The translations under genes were made by a program, and so were the position numbers. A stretch of 64,000 nucleotides of DNA, from positions 965,578 through 1,029,577 of the forward strand of contig NZ_VDET01000002.1 of the NCBI RefSeq assembly GCF_006381105.1, read 5' to 3'. Below the pieces are notes generated by a model. It ran no database searches, had not been told where the DNA came from, and was given only the letters and a program-made list of their open reading frames with translations. Below are positions 21,329 to 30,952 of the stretch, in pieces; position 1 is the stretch's first letter, and the number at the start of each line of letters is the position of its first letter. This DNA is from Flavicella sediminum. GTDB taxonomy: Bacteria > Bacteroidota > Bacteroidia > Flavobacteriales > Flavobacteriaceae.

Positions 21329-22072
21329 TTATTTTTTATTTTCCCCTTTGATGTACTTATCCAAAGCCATTGTCATTGACGGAGTTTCTGGAGTCGGTGC
21401 TTGAATATCAATTTTTAAACCAGCATCTGTAGCCGCTTTTACTGTTGAATTACCAAACACGGCAATTCTCGTATCGTTTTGTTTGAAATTTGGAAAGTTT
21501 TGAAACAAAGAATCTATTCCTGATGGGCTAAAGAAAACCAACACATCGTAAAATACATCTTCCAAATCAGACAAATCACTTACGACAGTTTTATACAAAT
21601 CAGCTCTTTTCCATTTTACACCTAAACTATCTAGTGTCTCAGGAATCAAGTCTTTTAGTTTATCTGAAGAAGGCAACAAGAAATTTTCTGTCTTATGCTT
21701 TTTAATTAATTTTCCTAATTCAGGAAATGTTCTTAGTCCAACATAAATTTTACGTTTTCTATACACCACATATTTCTGTAAATAGTAGGCAACCGCTTCA
21801 GATTGACAAAAATACTTCAAGTCATCCGGCACTTTAAAACGCATTTCTTCTGCTATTCTAAAAAAGTGATCTACTGCATTTCTACTGGTTAGAATAATTG
21901 CTGTAAATTCTTTTAAGTCTATTTTTTGAGCTCTTACTTCTTTGACAGAAATTCCTTCTACATGAATAAACGATCTAAAATCTATTTTTACTTTTTGTTT
22001 TTCCGACAAATCAAAATAAGGAGAATGTTCCTTAGGTTCTGGCTGAGAAACCAAAATAGTTTTCACTTTCAT
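21329..22072 (-). CDS. Uroporphyrinogen-III synthase (HemD)-family protein
   Basis: 247 aa with a two-lobed HemD-like pattern (ILTSRNAV, FFSPSGI). Moderate similarity only. Confidence 0.5.
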   Translation of the reverse strand: MKVKTILVSQPEPKEHSPYFDLSEKQKVKIDFRSFIHVEGISVKEVRAQKIDLKEFTAIILTSRNAVDHFFRIAEEMRFKVPDDLKYFCQSEAVAYYLQKYVVYRKRKIYVGLRTFPELGKLIKKHKTENFLLPSSDKLKDLIPETLDSLGVKWKRADLYKTVVSDLSDLEDVFYDVLVFFSPSGIDSLFQNFPNFKQNDTRIAVFGNSTVKAATDAGLKIDIQAPTPETPSMTMALDKYIKGENKK

Positions 22073-22077
22073 ATCAC

Positions 22078-22755
22078 TTAATTTATTTGTATCATTAGCT
22101 TTATAACTAAAACTAAGGGTACTATTTCAAGGGTGCAAATGTACAAAATAAAATAAAACGAATTCATCTTAAACAATGTTATCTTATTGATAACGATTAA
22201 AAACCACCTAGCAATCAACAATATCGACACAAAACCCACAGCAACAAAACTCATAAAACTACTCCCGGGAAAAGAATAAATCCAAAGCAATAGCACAGGT
22301 AAACTATAAATTGTAATTACTTTTAAGTAACTAAATTTCAACAAGAAAAACCCTTCATACAAATCATCTATTCGAAAAAGAAAAGCCACAAGTCTACCCA
22401 ATACCATCTGACAAAAAAGATACAATGTGAGCCCTGCTAAAATTTTAAGATAGCCTCCGAACTCGAATGCGACTGCATTGCTATCCAATTTTATCACAAA
22501 AACATAAAGAAACAAAGCCCCGATTAAATTCTGTACAAATAATAAGAAAAAATGAAATAGACTGTATTTCTCTTGCAGTTCTGTGGCATAATCCAAAAAA
22601 TAATTTTTAGAAAAAAAGCAGCCTAAAAAAGCATTGAGTCTTTTAGGATAAAGCAGTTTTAAAACAGCCAATAATCCAAAAATTAAAAAAAACACCAAAA
22701 CTATCCAATCACTACTCTGAAAGACTCTATCAACCGCAATATTCATAAACATCAA
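22078..22755 (-). CDS. Polytopic membrane protein, DUF4271-like
   Basis: 225 aa, 5-6 TM helices. The HemD-adjacent position is typical of Bacteroidota. Confidence 0.4.
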   Translation of the reverse strand: MMFMNIAVDRVFQSSDWIVLVFFLIFGLLAVLKLLYPKRLNAFLGCFFSKNYFLDYATELQEKYSLFHFFLLFVQNLIGALFLYVFVIKLDSNAVAFEFGGYLKILAGLTLYLFCQMVLGRLVAFLFRIDDLYEGFFLLKFSYLKVITIYSLPVLLLWIYSFPGSSFMSFVAVGFVSILLIARWFLIVINKITLFKMNSFYFILYICTLEIVPLVLVIKLMIQIN

Positions 22756-22814
22756 GCCTTAGGCTAAAATTAAATTAGGCAAACCTTTAACGCAAAATTA
22801 GGAATAAAATATCA

Positions 22815-22822
22815 TACATTTG
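22815..22822 (+). promoter_or_regulatory. Candidate -7 promoter box (TACATTTG) for the GT2 gene
   Basis: TAnnTTTG match 22 nt upstream of the ATG at 22844. Confidence 0.35.
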
Positions 22823-22843
22823 TAGCCAAATTTAATTAATGAG

Positions 22844-23563
22844 ATGTCAGATACACTTGTCATAATCCCTACTTTAAATGAAATTGAAAACATCAACGCC
22901 ATTATTAAGGCTGTTTTTAGTTTGGAAAAAAAATTTCATATTTTAATTGTAGATGACAATTCTAAGGACGGAACTTCAGAAGCCGTACAAGCCCTTCAAA
23001 AAGAATATCCAGACCGTTTGTTTTTAGAAAAAAGAATCGGAAAAAAAGGATTGGGCAGCGCTTATATTCATGGATTTAAATGGGCTTTACAAAGAACGTA
23101 TACCTATATTATTGAGATGGATGCTGATTTCTCTCACAACCCAAAAGACCTAATTAAATTATACGAAGCTTGTACTTTACGAAATGCCAAATTATCTATT
23201 GGATCCAGATATATCAACAACAATGTAAATGTTGTTAACTGGAATATCAAACGCTTGTTACTTTCTTATTTTGCTTCAAAATACGTTCAAATAATTACAG
23301 GAATCCCCTTGTATGACACAACAGCAGGGTTTGTTTGCTACCACAGAGAAGTATTAGAAACGATCATTCTCGACAAAATAAAATTTGTGGGGTATGCTTT
23401 TCAAATAGAAATGAAATTTAAAACCTGGAAACATAAATTTCCAATTATAGAAGTGCCAATTGTTTTTACAGACAGAACGGCCGGAACTTCAAAAATGAAC
23501 AGCTCTATTATTTCTGAAGCTATTTTTGGCGTTATAAAATTAAGATTAAGAGGATTAAAATAA
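22844..23563 (+). CDS. Family-2 glycosyltransferase, polyprenol-phosphate mannose/glucose synthase-like (DPM1-like)
   Basis: 239 aa: IIPTLNEIENI, VDDNSKDGT, EMDADFSH. Confidence 0.75.
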   Translation: MSDTLVIIPTLNEIENINAIIKAVFSLEKKFHILIVDDNSKDGTSEAVQALQKEYPDRLFLEKRIGKKGLGSAYIHGFKWALQRTYTYIIEMDADFSHNPKDLIKLYEACTLRNAKLSIGSRYINNNVNVVNWNIKRLLLSYFASKYVQIITGIPLYDTTAGFVCYHREVLETIILDKIKFVGYAFQIEMKFKTWKHKFPIIEVPIVFTDRTAGTSKMNSSIISEAIFGVIKLRLRGLK

Positions 23564-23577
23564 TAAAACTTACAGCA

Positions 23578-24915
23578 ATGAGTAGTATTCTTATAAAAAA
23601 CACAAACATCGTTAATGAAGGCAAAACCGTAGCTACGGATGTATTAATTGAAGGTGATTTTATAAAAAAAATTGGCACTAATATTACCGCTCCTGAAGGA
23701 AGTACAGTAATAGACGCTAAGGGAAAACACTTATTACCTGGAGCCATAGACGATCAAGTTCACTTTCGTGAACCTGGCCTAACGCACAAAGCAAATATTG
23801 GTACGGAAAGTAGAGCTGCTGCAGCTGGAGGGATTACCACCTTTATTGAAATGCCCAACACAGTGCCTCAAGCAACAACACAAGAAGAACTAGAAAAGAA
23901 ATTTGTTCGCGCAAGCGAGACTTCTTACGTTAACTATTCTTTTATGTTTGGTGGTACCAATGACAATTTAGAAGAATTACTTAAAACAGATCCTAGCAAG
24001 GTTGCCGGAATCAAATTATTCTTAGGCTCCTCTACAGGAAACATGTTGGTAGATGATCAAGATGTTTTAAGAAAAATATTTTCTTCCACAAAAATGCTTA
24101 TTTCTGTTCACTGTGAAGATGAAGGAACTATTAAAAGAAATTTTAAAGAATACCACGACAAGTTCGGAGATGACATTCCTATAAAGTACCATCCAATTAT
24201 TAGAAGTGAAGAAGCTTGTTATTTATCTTCTTCGAAAGCCATTCAATTAGCAAAAGAAACTGGAGCAAGATTGCATATTTTTCATCTATCTACAGCCAAA
24301 GAAACTGAGTTGTTCAGCAATGATATTCCTTTAAAGGATAAAAAAATCACTTCGGAAGTTTGCATACATCACTTAACTTTTGAAGACAAGGACTACGACG
24401 AAAAAGGAACTTTTATCAAGTGGAATCCAGCTGTAAAAACGGCAGCCGACAAAAAAGGTTTATGGGAAGCTTTGTTAGACGATAGAATTGATGTAATTGC
24501 GACAGACCATGCACCTCATACTTTAGAAGAAAAACTAAACAATTATACAAAAGCTCCAAGTGGAGGACCTTTGGTTCAACATGCACTTCCTGCAATGATC
24601 AATTATGTTAAAGAAGGTAAAATTTCTTTGGAAAAAGTGGTTGAAAAAATGTGTCACAATCCTGCTATTTTGTTTGAAATTGACAGAAGAGGATATATTA
24701 AAGAAGGTTTTTATGCCGATTTAGTTTTGGTTGACTTAGACAAATCGTGGACGGCTACTAAGGAAAATACATTGTACAAATGTGGTTGGTCTCCTTTTGA
24801 AGGAACAGAATTCAAATCGACAATTACACATACTTTTGTCAATGGAAAATTGATTTACAATGAAGGCAACTTCAACGATGAAATCAAAGGGAAAAGAATT
24901 GAATTTAACAGATAA
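23578..24915 (+). CDS. pyrC: Dihydroorotase (amidohydrolase superfamily)
   Basis: 445 aa. Metal-ligand motifs DDQVHFREPG and ATDHAPH. Confidence 0.8.
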   Translation: MSSILIKNTNIVNEGKTVATDVLIEGDFIKKIGTNITAPEGSTVIDAKGKHLLPGAIDDQVHFREPGLTHKANIGTESRAAAAGGITTFIEMPNTVPQATTQEELEKKFVRASETSYVNYSFMFGGTNDNLEELLKTDPSKVAGIKLFLGSSTGNMLVDDQDVLRKIFSSTKMLISVHCEDEGTIKRNFKEYHDKFGDDIPIKYHPIIRSEEACYLSSSKAIQLAKETGARLHIFHLSTAKETELFSNDIPLKDKKITSEVCIHHLTFEDKDYDEKGTFIKWNPAVKTAADKKGLWEALLDDRIDVIATDHAPHTLEEKLNNYTKAPSGGPLVQHALPAMINYVKEGKISLEKVVEKMCHNPAILFEIDRRGYIKEGFYADLVLVDLDKSWTATKENTLYKCGWSPFEGTEFKSTITHTFVNGKLIYNEGNFNDEIKGKRIEFNR

Positions 24916-24917
24916 AC

Positions 24918-25538
24918 ATGCGTAGCATTCTCTATTTATTTCTTTTTGTTTGTATTGCTTCCTGCACAAGTAACACTATTTTTAAAAAACCTGACGACTT
25001 AATCGGTGAAGATAAAATGGTGGACTTATTGACGGATCTATACTTAACAACCGCAGCTAAAACAAGTAAAAACACTAACGGAAAAAGAAATATAGATTAC
25101 ACTTTTTTAGTTTATGAAAAACATGGCATAGACAGCGCACAGTTTAGAAGAAGTAATTATTACTACACCACTAAAATAGACGATTACGAAATTATTTACG
25201 AACGTGTAAAAGATCGTATTGAAAAACTAAACAAAGACTTCTCTTCTTTGAAAAAAGAAAGAGATTCGATTACTAAAGACAGTATCAAACAGGTGAAATT
25301 TATAAAAGACTCCTTGATAAAAGTCACTTATACCTTGGATTCTATTTTCCTTGACAGCATTAATAAAACCATTATTGACACAACGGCTAGATACAATTTA
25401 GAAAAGATAAAAGTATTTCAAAAATCTGGAAAACTAGACAGCCTAAGAATGGTTGTTAAAGAAAATGACTCTATAAAAAATGCCGAAATATTACAAGAAA
25501 TTGACAGTTTAGCCATAAAGAAAACAGCACTAAATTAA
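24918..25538 (+). CDS. Lipoprotein of unknown function, possibly DUF4296-like
   Basis: 206 aa, lipobox FVCIASCTSN, charged helical body. Confidence 0.4.
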   Translation: MRSILYLFLFVCIASCTSNTIFKKPDDLIGEDKMVDLLTDLYLTTAAKTSKNTNGKRNIDYTFLVYEKHGIDSAQFRRSNYYYTTKIDDYEIIYERVKDRIEKLNKDFSSLKKERDSITKDSIKQVKFIKDSLIKVTYTLDSIFLDSINKTIIDTTARYNLEKIKVFQKSGKLDSLRMVVKENDSIKNAEILQEIDSLAIKKTALN

Positions 25539-26545
25539 GATTTATCGGATTGGTATTTTTCACAAATACCCGCCACCACTGTTTCCATGTTTTCAAACTC
25601 AAAACTGAAAGTCCGCTTCACTTTGCTATTGCTATAAAAAGACTTATTATTGGCTGATTTGGCCGTGTGTTTTGAAAACGTATTTACCGTACCTGTTAGT
25701 TTCGATTTTAACCAAGACAAACGCCAACCAATTCCAGCAATTAAAGAAGTCACTTTTACTTTAGGTTTTGAAACACCTAAGGATTCTGCCACATAAAACA
25801 AGATTTCTTTAAAGCTTTTATTTTCCGAAACTAGCACAAAACGTTCGTTTTTCACTTTCGAATTCATTCCTTGAATTAAAACACGAACCACATCATCAAC
25901 ACCAACAAAACCGGTAACACCTTCTGTATAAAAAGGAGAACCTTTTGCTACCATCGTAAATAACGTTCCTGAATTTTCATTCCAAAAACCAGGACCTAAA
26001 ATCACCCCTGGATTGACCACAAAAACATCCAATCCTTCCTGAGCTCCTCTCCAAACTTCCATTTCTGCTCCAAATTTTGTAATGGCATAGCTGTAATTAT
26101 TTGTCTCAATATTGAACTCATCCGTCTCATCAATAAAATTTTTGGAAACAGATTTTGCCAAAGCAGCAATGGAACTTACAAACGCTATTTTTTCAACCCC
26201 AAAAGCCACACACAAATTGACCACATTTGCTGTTCCTTCAATATTTATAGCTCGCATATGTAAATAATCAGCTTCATCAAAAGAAACCAAAGCCGCAATA
26301 TGATATACTTTTTTCACGCCAACAAAGGCTGTTTCTAAAGTTGGAACATCCGTTATATCTGCTTGAATCCAATCAATTTTAGAAAACACCGAAGCTACCT
26401 CGGAGGTATAATATCCAAAGACTTTTTTTGCCTTTGCTAATGATTTTTCAGAACGATAAATAGCTCGAACTTTTTCACCTGCTGCCACTAATTGAAACAA
26501 CAAATGTGCCCCAAGCATTCCCGTACCTCCTGTAACTAATATCAT
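25535..26545 (-). CDS. NAD(P)-dependent epimerase/dehydratase (extended SDR)
   Basis: 336 aa. Rossmann motif MILVTGGTGMLGAHL. YxxxK catalytic pair present (YAITK). Confidence 0.7.
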   Translation of the reverse strand: MILVTGGTGMLGAHLLFQLVAAGEKVRAIYRSEKSLAKAKKVFGYYTSEVASVFSKIDWIQADITDVPTLETAFVGVKKVYHIAALVSFDEADYLHMRAINIEGTANVVNLCVAFGVEKIAFVSSIAALAKSVSKNFIDETDEFNIETNNYSYAITKFGAEMEVWRGAQEGLDVFVVNPGVILGPGFWNENSGTLFTMVAKGSPFYTEGVTGFVGVDDVVRVLIQGMNSKVKNERFVLVSENKSFKEILFYVAESLGVSKPKVKVTSLIAGIGWRLSWLKSKLTGTVNTFSKHTAKSANNKSFYSNSKVKRTFSFEFENMETVVAGICEKYQSDKS

Positions 26546-26674
26546 GCAACGAAAATAAATTAAAATTACGAATTACAACCAAGGAATTATTTTATTTGTT
26601 TGCCCTTAAGCTTTGATTAGACTGTTCTTTGAAGCTTATAAACGAATCACTATATTTGCCAAAAATTAAATAAA

Positions 26675-27964
26675 ATGACAACAAATTTCGTTGAAGAATT
26701 AAAATGGAGAGGCATGTTGCACGACATGATGCCCGGAACTGATGAGTTATTAGCTAAAGAAGTTACGACAGGTTATATTGGTTTTGATCCAACAGCAGAC
26801 TCCTTGCATATTGGAAGTCTTATTCCAATCATCATTTTAATGCATTTTCAAAGATCTGGTCACAAACCTATTGCTTTGGTAGGTGGTGCTACAGGAATGA
26901 TTGGAGATCCTTCTGGGAAATCAGCAGAAAGAAATTTGCTCGACGAAGAGGCTTTAAATAAAAATATAGCAGGTGTAAAAGGTCAATTAGAACGTTTTTT
27001 AGACTTTAACAGCGACGCAGCAAATGCCGCAGAATTGGTTAACAACTACGATTGGATGAAAGAATTTTCTTTGATCGATTTTGTTAGAGATATCGGAAAA
27101 CATTTGACCGTTAATTATATGATGGCCAAAGAATCCGTAAAAAAACGTGTAAGTGGTGATGGAGACGGAATGTCTTTTACAGAATTTACCTACCAACTGT
27201 TTCAAGGATATGATTTCTTACATTTATATGAAAACAAAAACTGCAAGCTACAAATGGGTGGTTCTGACCAGTGGGGAAATATTACCACAGGAACAGAATT
27301 AGTTCGTAGAAAAGCACAAGGAAAAGCATACGCCATGACTTGCCCATTGATTACAAAAGCAGATGGAACGAAATTCGGAAAATCGGAAGGTGGAAATATT
27401 TGGCTAGACAAGGCAAGAACTTCTGTTTATAAATTTTACCAATACTGGTTAAATTCTTCTGACGAAGACTCTAAAGATTTTATTAAAAAATTCACTTTTT
27501 TAGACAAAGAAACCGTTGAGCAATTAATAGCAGAACATGCTGAAGCTCCTCATACACGTTTGTTGCAAAAAACAATTGCAAAAGAAGTTACCGTTTTAGT
27601 TCATTCTGAAGAAGATTACGAAAACGCCTTAAAAGCTTCTAATATTTTATTTGGAAAATCTACGGCAGACGATTTGAAATCGTTAGATGAACAAACATTT
27701 TTAGATGTCTTTTCTGGAGTACCACAAACAGAAATTTCAAAATCTCAAATTGAAGAAGGATTTGATATTGTAGCTGCTTTTGCAGATACAGGTTTCTTAA
27801 AATCTAATGGGGAAGTAAGAAGAGCTTTAAAAGAAAATTCTATTTCTGTAAACAAAGAAAAAGTAAAAGATGATTTTTCTATCACAAGCAACGATTTGAT
27901 TGCTAACAAATATGTGCTTTTACAAAGAGGTAAAAAAAGTTATTTCCTATTGAAAGTAAACTAA
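26675..27964 (+). CDS. tyrS: Tyrosine--tRNA ligase
   Basis: 429 aa. HIGH-class motif (DSLHIGSL). KMSKS-type KFGKSEGG. C-terminal S4 domain. Confidence 0.9.
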   Translation: MTTNFVEELKWRGMLHDMMPGTDELLAKEVTTGYIGFDPTADSLHIGSLIPIIILMHFQRSGHKPIALVGGATGMIGDPSGKSAERNLLDEEALNKNIAGVKGQLERFLDFNSDAANAAELVNNYDWMKEFSLIDFVRDIGKHLTVNYMMAKESVKKRVSGDGDGMSFTEFTYQLFQGYDFLHLYENKNCKLQMGGSDQWGNITTGTELVRRKAQGKAYAMTCPLITKADGTKFGKSEGGNIWLDKARTSVYKFYQYWLNSSDEDSKDFIKKFTFLDKETVEQLIAEHAEAPHTRLLQKTIAKEVTVLVHSEEDYENALKASNILFGKSTADDLKSLDEQTFLDVFSGVPQTEISKSQIEEGFDIVAAFADTGFLKSNGEVRRALKENSISVNKEKVKDDFSITSNDLIANKYVLLQRGKKSYFLLKVN

Positions 27965-28020
27965 GCTTTTGGCTATTAGCCTTTAGCATTTTAAAAACAT
28001 TAACCAACCATTTAAACTTT

Positions 28021-28057
28021 AGACCTAACAGGTTTTGAAAACCTGTTAGGTTTTTAT
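28021..28057. terminator. Bidirectional intrinsic terminator (tyrS / XRE regulator, convergent)
   Basis: AGACCTAACAGGTTTT-gaaa-ACCTGTTAGGT followed by a T5 run. Confidence 0.6.
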
Positions 28058-28058
28058 A

Positions 28059-28802
28059 TTATTTAGACGACAAACGTCTTAATTTTGCATCTATCTGATC
28101 CATTCTATCTTCTAGCTTCGAAACAAATTTTGGATACCTTTTCAACAACACACAAGAGACTTTCCAAAAATAAATTTCAGAATCTAAAGCCACGGTTATT
28201 GGCGCAATACGAATATGGTCCGCCAATAATTCGTAATTCTCCGTCGACTTGCGATATCTTCTAATAAATAAATTAGCATTTGCCAAAACAACAACAACAT
28301 CGTCTTCCTCCAACTCACTAGGCAAACTTTTTTCACCAATCACAACATCACCAGGAAACAATCCTTCTTCATTAGAAACCATATTTAAATCTTGTACCGC
28401 AAAGGCCAACAATTCAGAACCACCTTCTAAAGGAATCGTAATTTTAGGCAAAGAACCGTAACTCTTCGACCCGATAAAATCGTCTATAAACATTTTACCA
28501 TTCAAGTCATTTACAAAAGGGACTTCTGCAAAACCCGCTTTTACTACATGATTTACATCCGTTGTAATCCCACCATTAAAACTCAGCAATTGATTGACGG
28601 TAATCTCTTTTGTTAAAATATCGTCTATAGATATGCTAAAATAATTAGCAACCTTTATAATCGTATCTATCTTCGGCTCACTTCTACCCTCTTCATACGC
28701 ACCTAAAGTCGCTCTCTTTAAAGAGAATAAGTCGGCAAAAGCCTGCTGACTCAATTTTTTTACACCTCTAATTTTTTTAACATTTTTTCCGAAAAAAGAC
28801 AT
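28059..28802 (-). CDS. XRE-family HTH regulator with a C-terminal LexA/CI-like (S24-fold) domain; catalytic Ser-Lys dyad not evident
   Basis: 247 aa. N-terminal HTH: KLSQQAFADLFSLKRATLGAYEEGRSEPKIDTIIKVANYFSISIDDIL. C-terminal beta-rich domain (GDVVIGEKS...VVVVLANANLFIRRY) resembles the S24 fold. Divergent from the pspA-containing block. Confidence 0.55.
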   Translation of the reverse strand: MSFFGKNVKKIRGVKKLSQQAFADLFSLKRATLGAYEEGRSEPKIDTIIKVANYFSISIDDILTKEITVNQLLSFNGGITTDVNHVVKAGFAEVPFVNDLNGKMFIDDFIGSKSYGSLPKITIPLEGGSELLAFAVQDLNMVSNEEGLFPGDVVIGEKSLPSELEEDDVVVVLANANLFIRRYRKSTENYELLADHIRIAPITVALDSEIYFWKVSCVLLKRYPKFVSKLEDRMDQIDAKLRRLSSK

Positions 28803-28840
28803 ATTTTGCTAATTTTATTTGCAATTTAATTAATATTGTC

Positions 28841-28848
28841 TATATTTG
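28841..28848 (+). promoter_or_regulatory. Candidate promoter for the ybjN-pspA block: -7 box TATATTTG with TTG 19 nt upstream (28819-28821)
   Basis: TAnnTTTG consensus with a correctly spaced upstream TTG. About 155 nt upstream of the ATG at 29004. Only 39 nt from the divergent regulator start codon. Confidence 0.35.
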
Positions 28849-28863
28849 ACACATCAATAAGAT

Positions 28864-28871
28864 CAAAAGTA
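28864..28871 (-). promoter_or_regulatory. Candidate -7 box (TACTTTTG on the minus strand) for the XRE/S24 regulator gene
   Basis: Reverse complement of CAAAAGTA matches TAnnTTTG. The two divergent -7 boxes are back-to-back, about 20 bp apart. Confidence 0.3.
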
Positions 28872-29003
28872 ACAAAAATAGAGAAGTAAATCCACTGAAA
28901 ACACTGATAGTTCTAAAAAAATTAGCAATAACCAAAAAAAACTAAAAAACAGCACTCTCCTAGGTTCAAAAGATTTCGTAATATTAAAATCAAAATAAAA
29001 TAT

Positions 29004-29399
29004 ATGAAAGACCAATTTAACACCATTAAAAATTACTTGCTAGAGTTGAACTACAACATCACTCATGAAGACGAACAAGAAGGAATCCTGATGATTCAAA
29101 ATCGCAATGAAGGGATTGACAATTTAATTATAGGTATTGCCAGTCCAATTTTAATTATTGAACAATATATTTTCAAAATCAACAAGCCTAGCGAAAATAT
29201 CTTCCAGCAATTACTTCAAAAAAACAGAGACATAGTCCACGGAGCATTTGTACTTGACGAAACAGGAGAGAAAGTCATTTTTAGAGACACTTTACAAATT
29301 GAAAACATCGACTTGAACGAATTAGAAGGATCTATAAATTCATTGAGTTTATTACTAAGTGAATATTCCGAAAACATCATCCAGTTTTCCAAAGCCTAA
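29004..29399 (+). CDS. YbjN-domain protein (CesT/Tir-chaperone-like putative sensory transduction regulator)
   Basis: 131 aa, acidic, with an alpha/beta pattern typical of YbjN. Known as a recurrent PspA neighbour. Confidence 0.55.
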   Translation: MKDQFNTIKNYLLELNYNITHEDEQEGILMIQNRNEGIDNLIIGIASPILIIEQYIFKINKPSENIFQQLLQKNRDIVHGAFVLDETGEKVIFRDTLQIENIDLNELEGSINSLSLLLSEYSENIIQFSKA

Positions 29400-29471
29400 A
29401 TAAAATCCCTCAAAGCAATTCTTAGAGCCATTAAACCCACTAGCGGAAACAACCCTTATAAAACACATATC

Positions 29472-30170
29472 ATGAACATATTTAGAAGATTATTTAACGT
29501 AAGTAAAGCCGAAGCCCATTCTGCAATTGACAAAATGGAAGACCCAATCAAAATGACTGAACAAGGGATTCGCGACATGAAAAACGACTTAACACAAGCC
29601 CTTGAAGGACTTGCCCAAGTAAAAGCCATGTTGATCCGTTCTCAAAACGACAAAACGCAGTTTGAAACCAAAGCAAAAGATTATCAAAACAAAGCCATGC
29701 TTATTTTACAAAAAGCACAAAAAGGAGATCTTTCTGCTGAAAATGGAGATCGCTTAGCAAAAGAAGCTTTGATCAAGAAAGAAGAAAACACAGAACATGT
29801 AAATCGTTGCTCCATTGAAATAGACAAATTTTCAAAATCTGTTTCTCAATTAGAAACCAACGTAAACAGCCTGAAAAATAATATTAGCAAATGGGAAAAT
29901 GAATTAAAAACCCTTAAAGCTCGTGTAAAAGTATCTACCGCTACCAAGAATTTAAACAAACAAATGGCAGCCATTGATAGTTCTAGTACGGTAAACATGC
30001 TAGAAAAAATGAAAGAAAAAGTAACACAAGAAGAAGCTTTAGCAGAAGCCTATGGTGATATTGCCAATGACTCGAAAAGTATTGACGAAGAACTTGACAA
30101 AGCCTTAGACGGTAAAAGTACCAACGCCGATAACGATCTAGAAGCCCTAAAAAAACAAATGGGATTGTAA
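29472..30170 (+). CDS. pspA: Phage-shock protein A / IM30 (Vipp1) family, ESCRT-III-like
   Basis: 232 aa. MNIFRRLFNVSKAEAHSAIDKMEDPIKMTEQGIRDM... aligns with E. coli PspA (MGIFSRF...EDP...) over the whole coiled-coil length. Confidence 0.85.
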   Translation: MNIFRRLFNVSKAEAHSAIDKMEDPIKMTEQGIRDMKNDLTQALEGLAQVKAMLIRSQNDKTQFETKAKDYQNKAMLILQKAQKGDLSAENGDRLAKEALIKKEENTEHVNRCSIEIDKFSKSVSQLETNVNSLKNNISKWENELKTLKARVKVSTATKNLNKQMAAIDSSSTVNMLEKMKEKVTQEEALAEAYGDIANDSKSIDEELDKALDGKSTNADNDLEALKKQMGL

Positions 30171-30230
30171 AATTATTTCCCTAAGTTTAACCCTCGTTAG
30201 ACTTAGGGTTTAACAAAAAATTGCTACGAA

Positions 30231-30941
30231 ATGACCTTATACGAATTAGTGTTTTCACCCATAAACACACCACTGACATTATTATTAATTGCACTAACCG
30301 TATACAGAGTTGTTACCATGCTTTTTGGCCTTGACTTCGATTTTGACATTGATGTAGATCTTGATATCGATGTGGATGTTGACATAGACAACGACTTATC
30401 TATAGACAGCAGCGGTATGGATTTAGAAGATATTGCGAACCTTGAATTGAAAAACGAAACCATCGTAAAAGACAAAACTAAATCTTTAAAATGGTGGCAA
30501 GTCGTTTTAATTTACTTCAACTTCGCCGAGCTTCCCTTTATGTTTACCCTAACTTCTTGGGTGTTTTTTTGGTGGTTTATTACCGTTCTCGGAACCTACA
30601 TCACCTTAAGTCATCATAATGCTTTCGGACTTATAATTTTCTTAGCAGCTATATTGCCTTCATTAATTGTAAACAAAATATTTACCACACCTTTTAAAAG
30701 TATTTTTAAAAAACTAGAACGAAAAGGTGTCACTTCTATAGACTTACTTGGAAGAGAAGCAATTCTAGATTCAAATTTAACAGGTGATAAACTAGGACGC
30801 GTAAAAGTAAAAGTAGGATCCGATCCAATGATTATTTACGCAAAATCTATAGACGGAAAAACACTAAAAGTGGGTGAAAAAGTCTTAATCATTGACCAAT
30901 CAAAGGACAAAAAATATTACTATATCAAAAATAACTATTAA
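30231..30941 (+). CDS. NfeD/YqiJ-like membrane protein with a C-terminal OB-fold domain and an Asp-hydrophobic alternating repeat
   Basis: 236 aa. N-terminal TM helix, then DFDFDIDVDLDIDVDVDIDNDLSID (nt 30333-30407), 3-4 TM helices, and a C-terminal soluble beta domain (GDKLGRVKVKVGSDPMIIYAKSIDGKTLKVGEKVLIID) like the NfeD short-form OB fold. Sits directly upstream of flotillin with an 11-bp gap, as yqiJ sits before yqiK in E. coli. Confidence 0.6.
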   Translation: MTLYELVFSPINTPLTLLLIALTVYRVVTMLFGLDFDFDIDVDLDIDVDVDIDNDLSIDSSGMDLEDIANLELKNETIVKDKTKSLKWWQVVLIYFNFAELPFMFTLTSWVFFWWFITVLGTYITLSHHNAFGLIIFLAAILPSLIVNKIFTTPFKSIFKKLERKGVTSIDLLGREAILDSNLTGDKLGRVKVKVGSDPMIIYAKSIDGKTLKVGEKVLIIDQSKDKKYYYIKNNY

Positions 30942-30952
30942 AAAAAATTACT

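Noticed and set aside
30224-30475. 83-aa Ser/Thr/Met-rich ORF on the minus strand
   Set aside because: It is the antisense reading of the (Asp-hydrophobic)12 repeat inside the NfeD/YqiJ-like gene. There is no independent start context.
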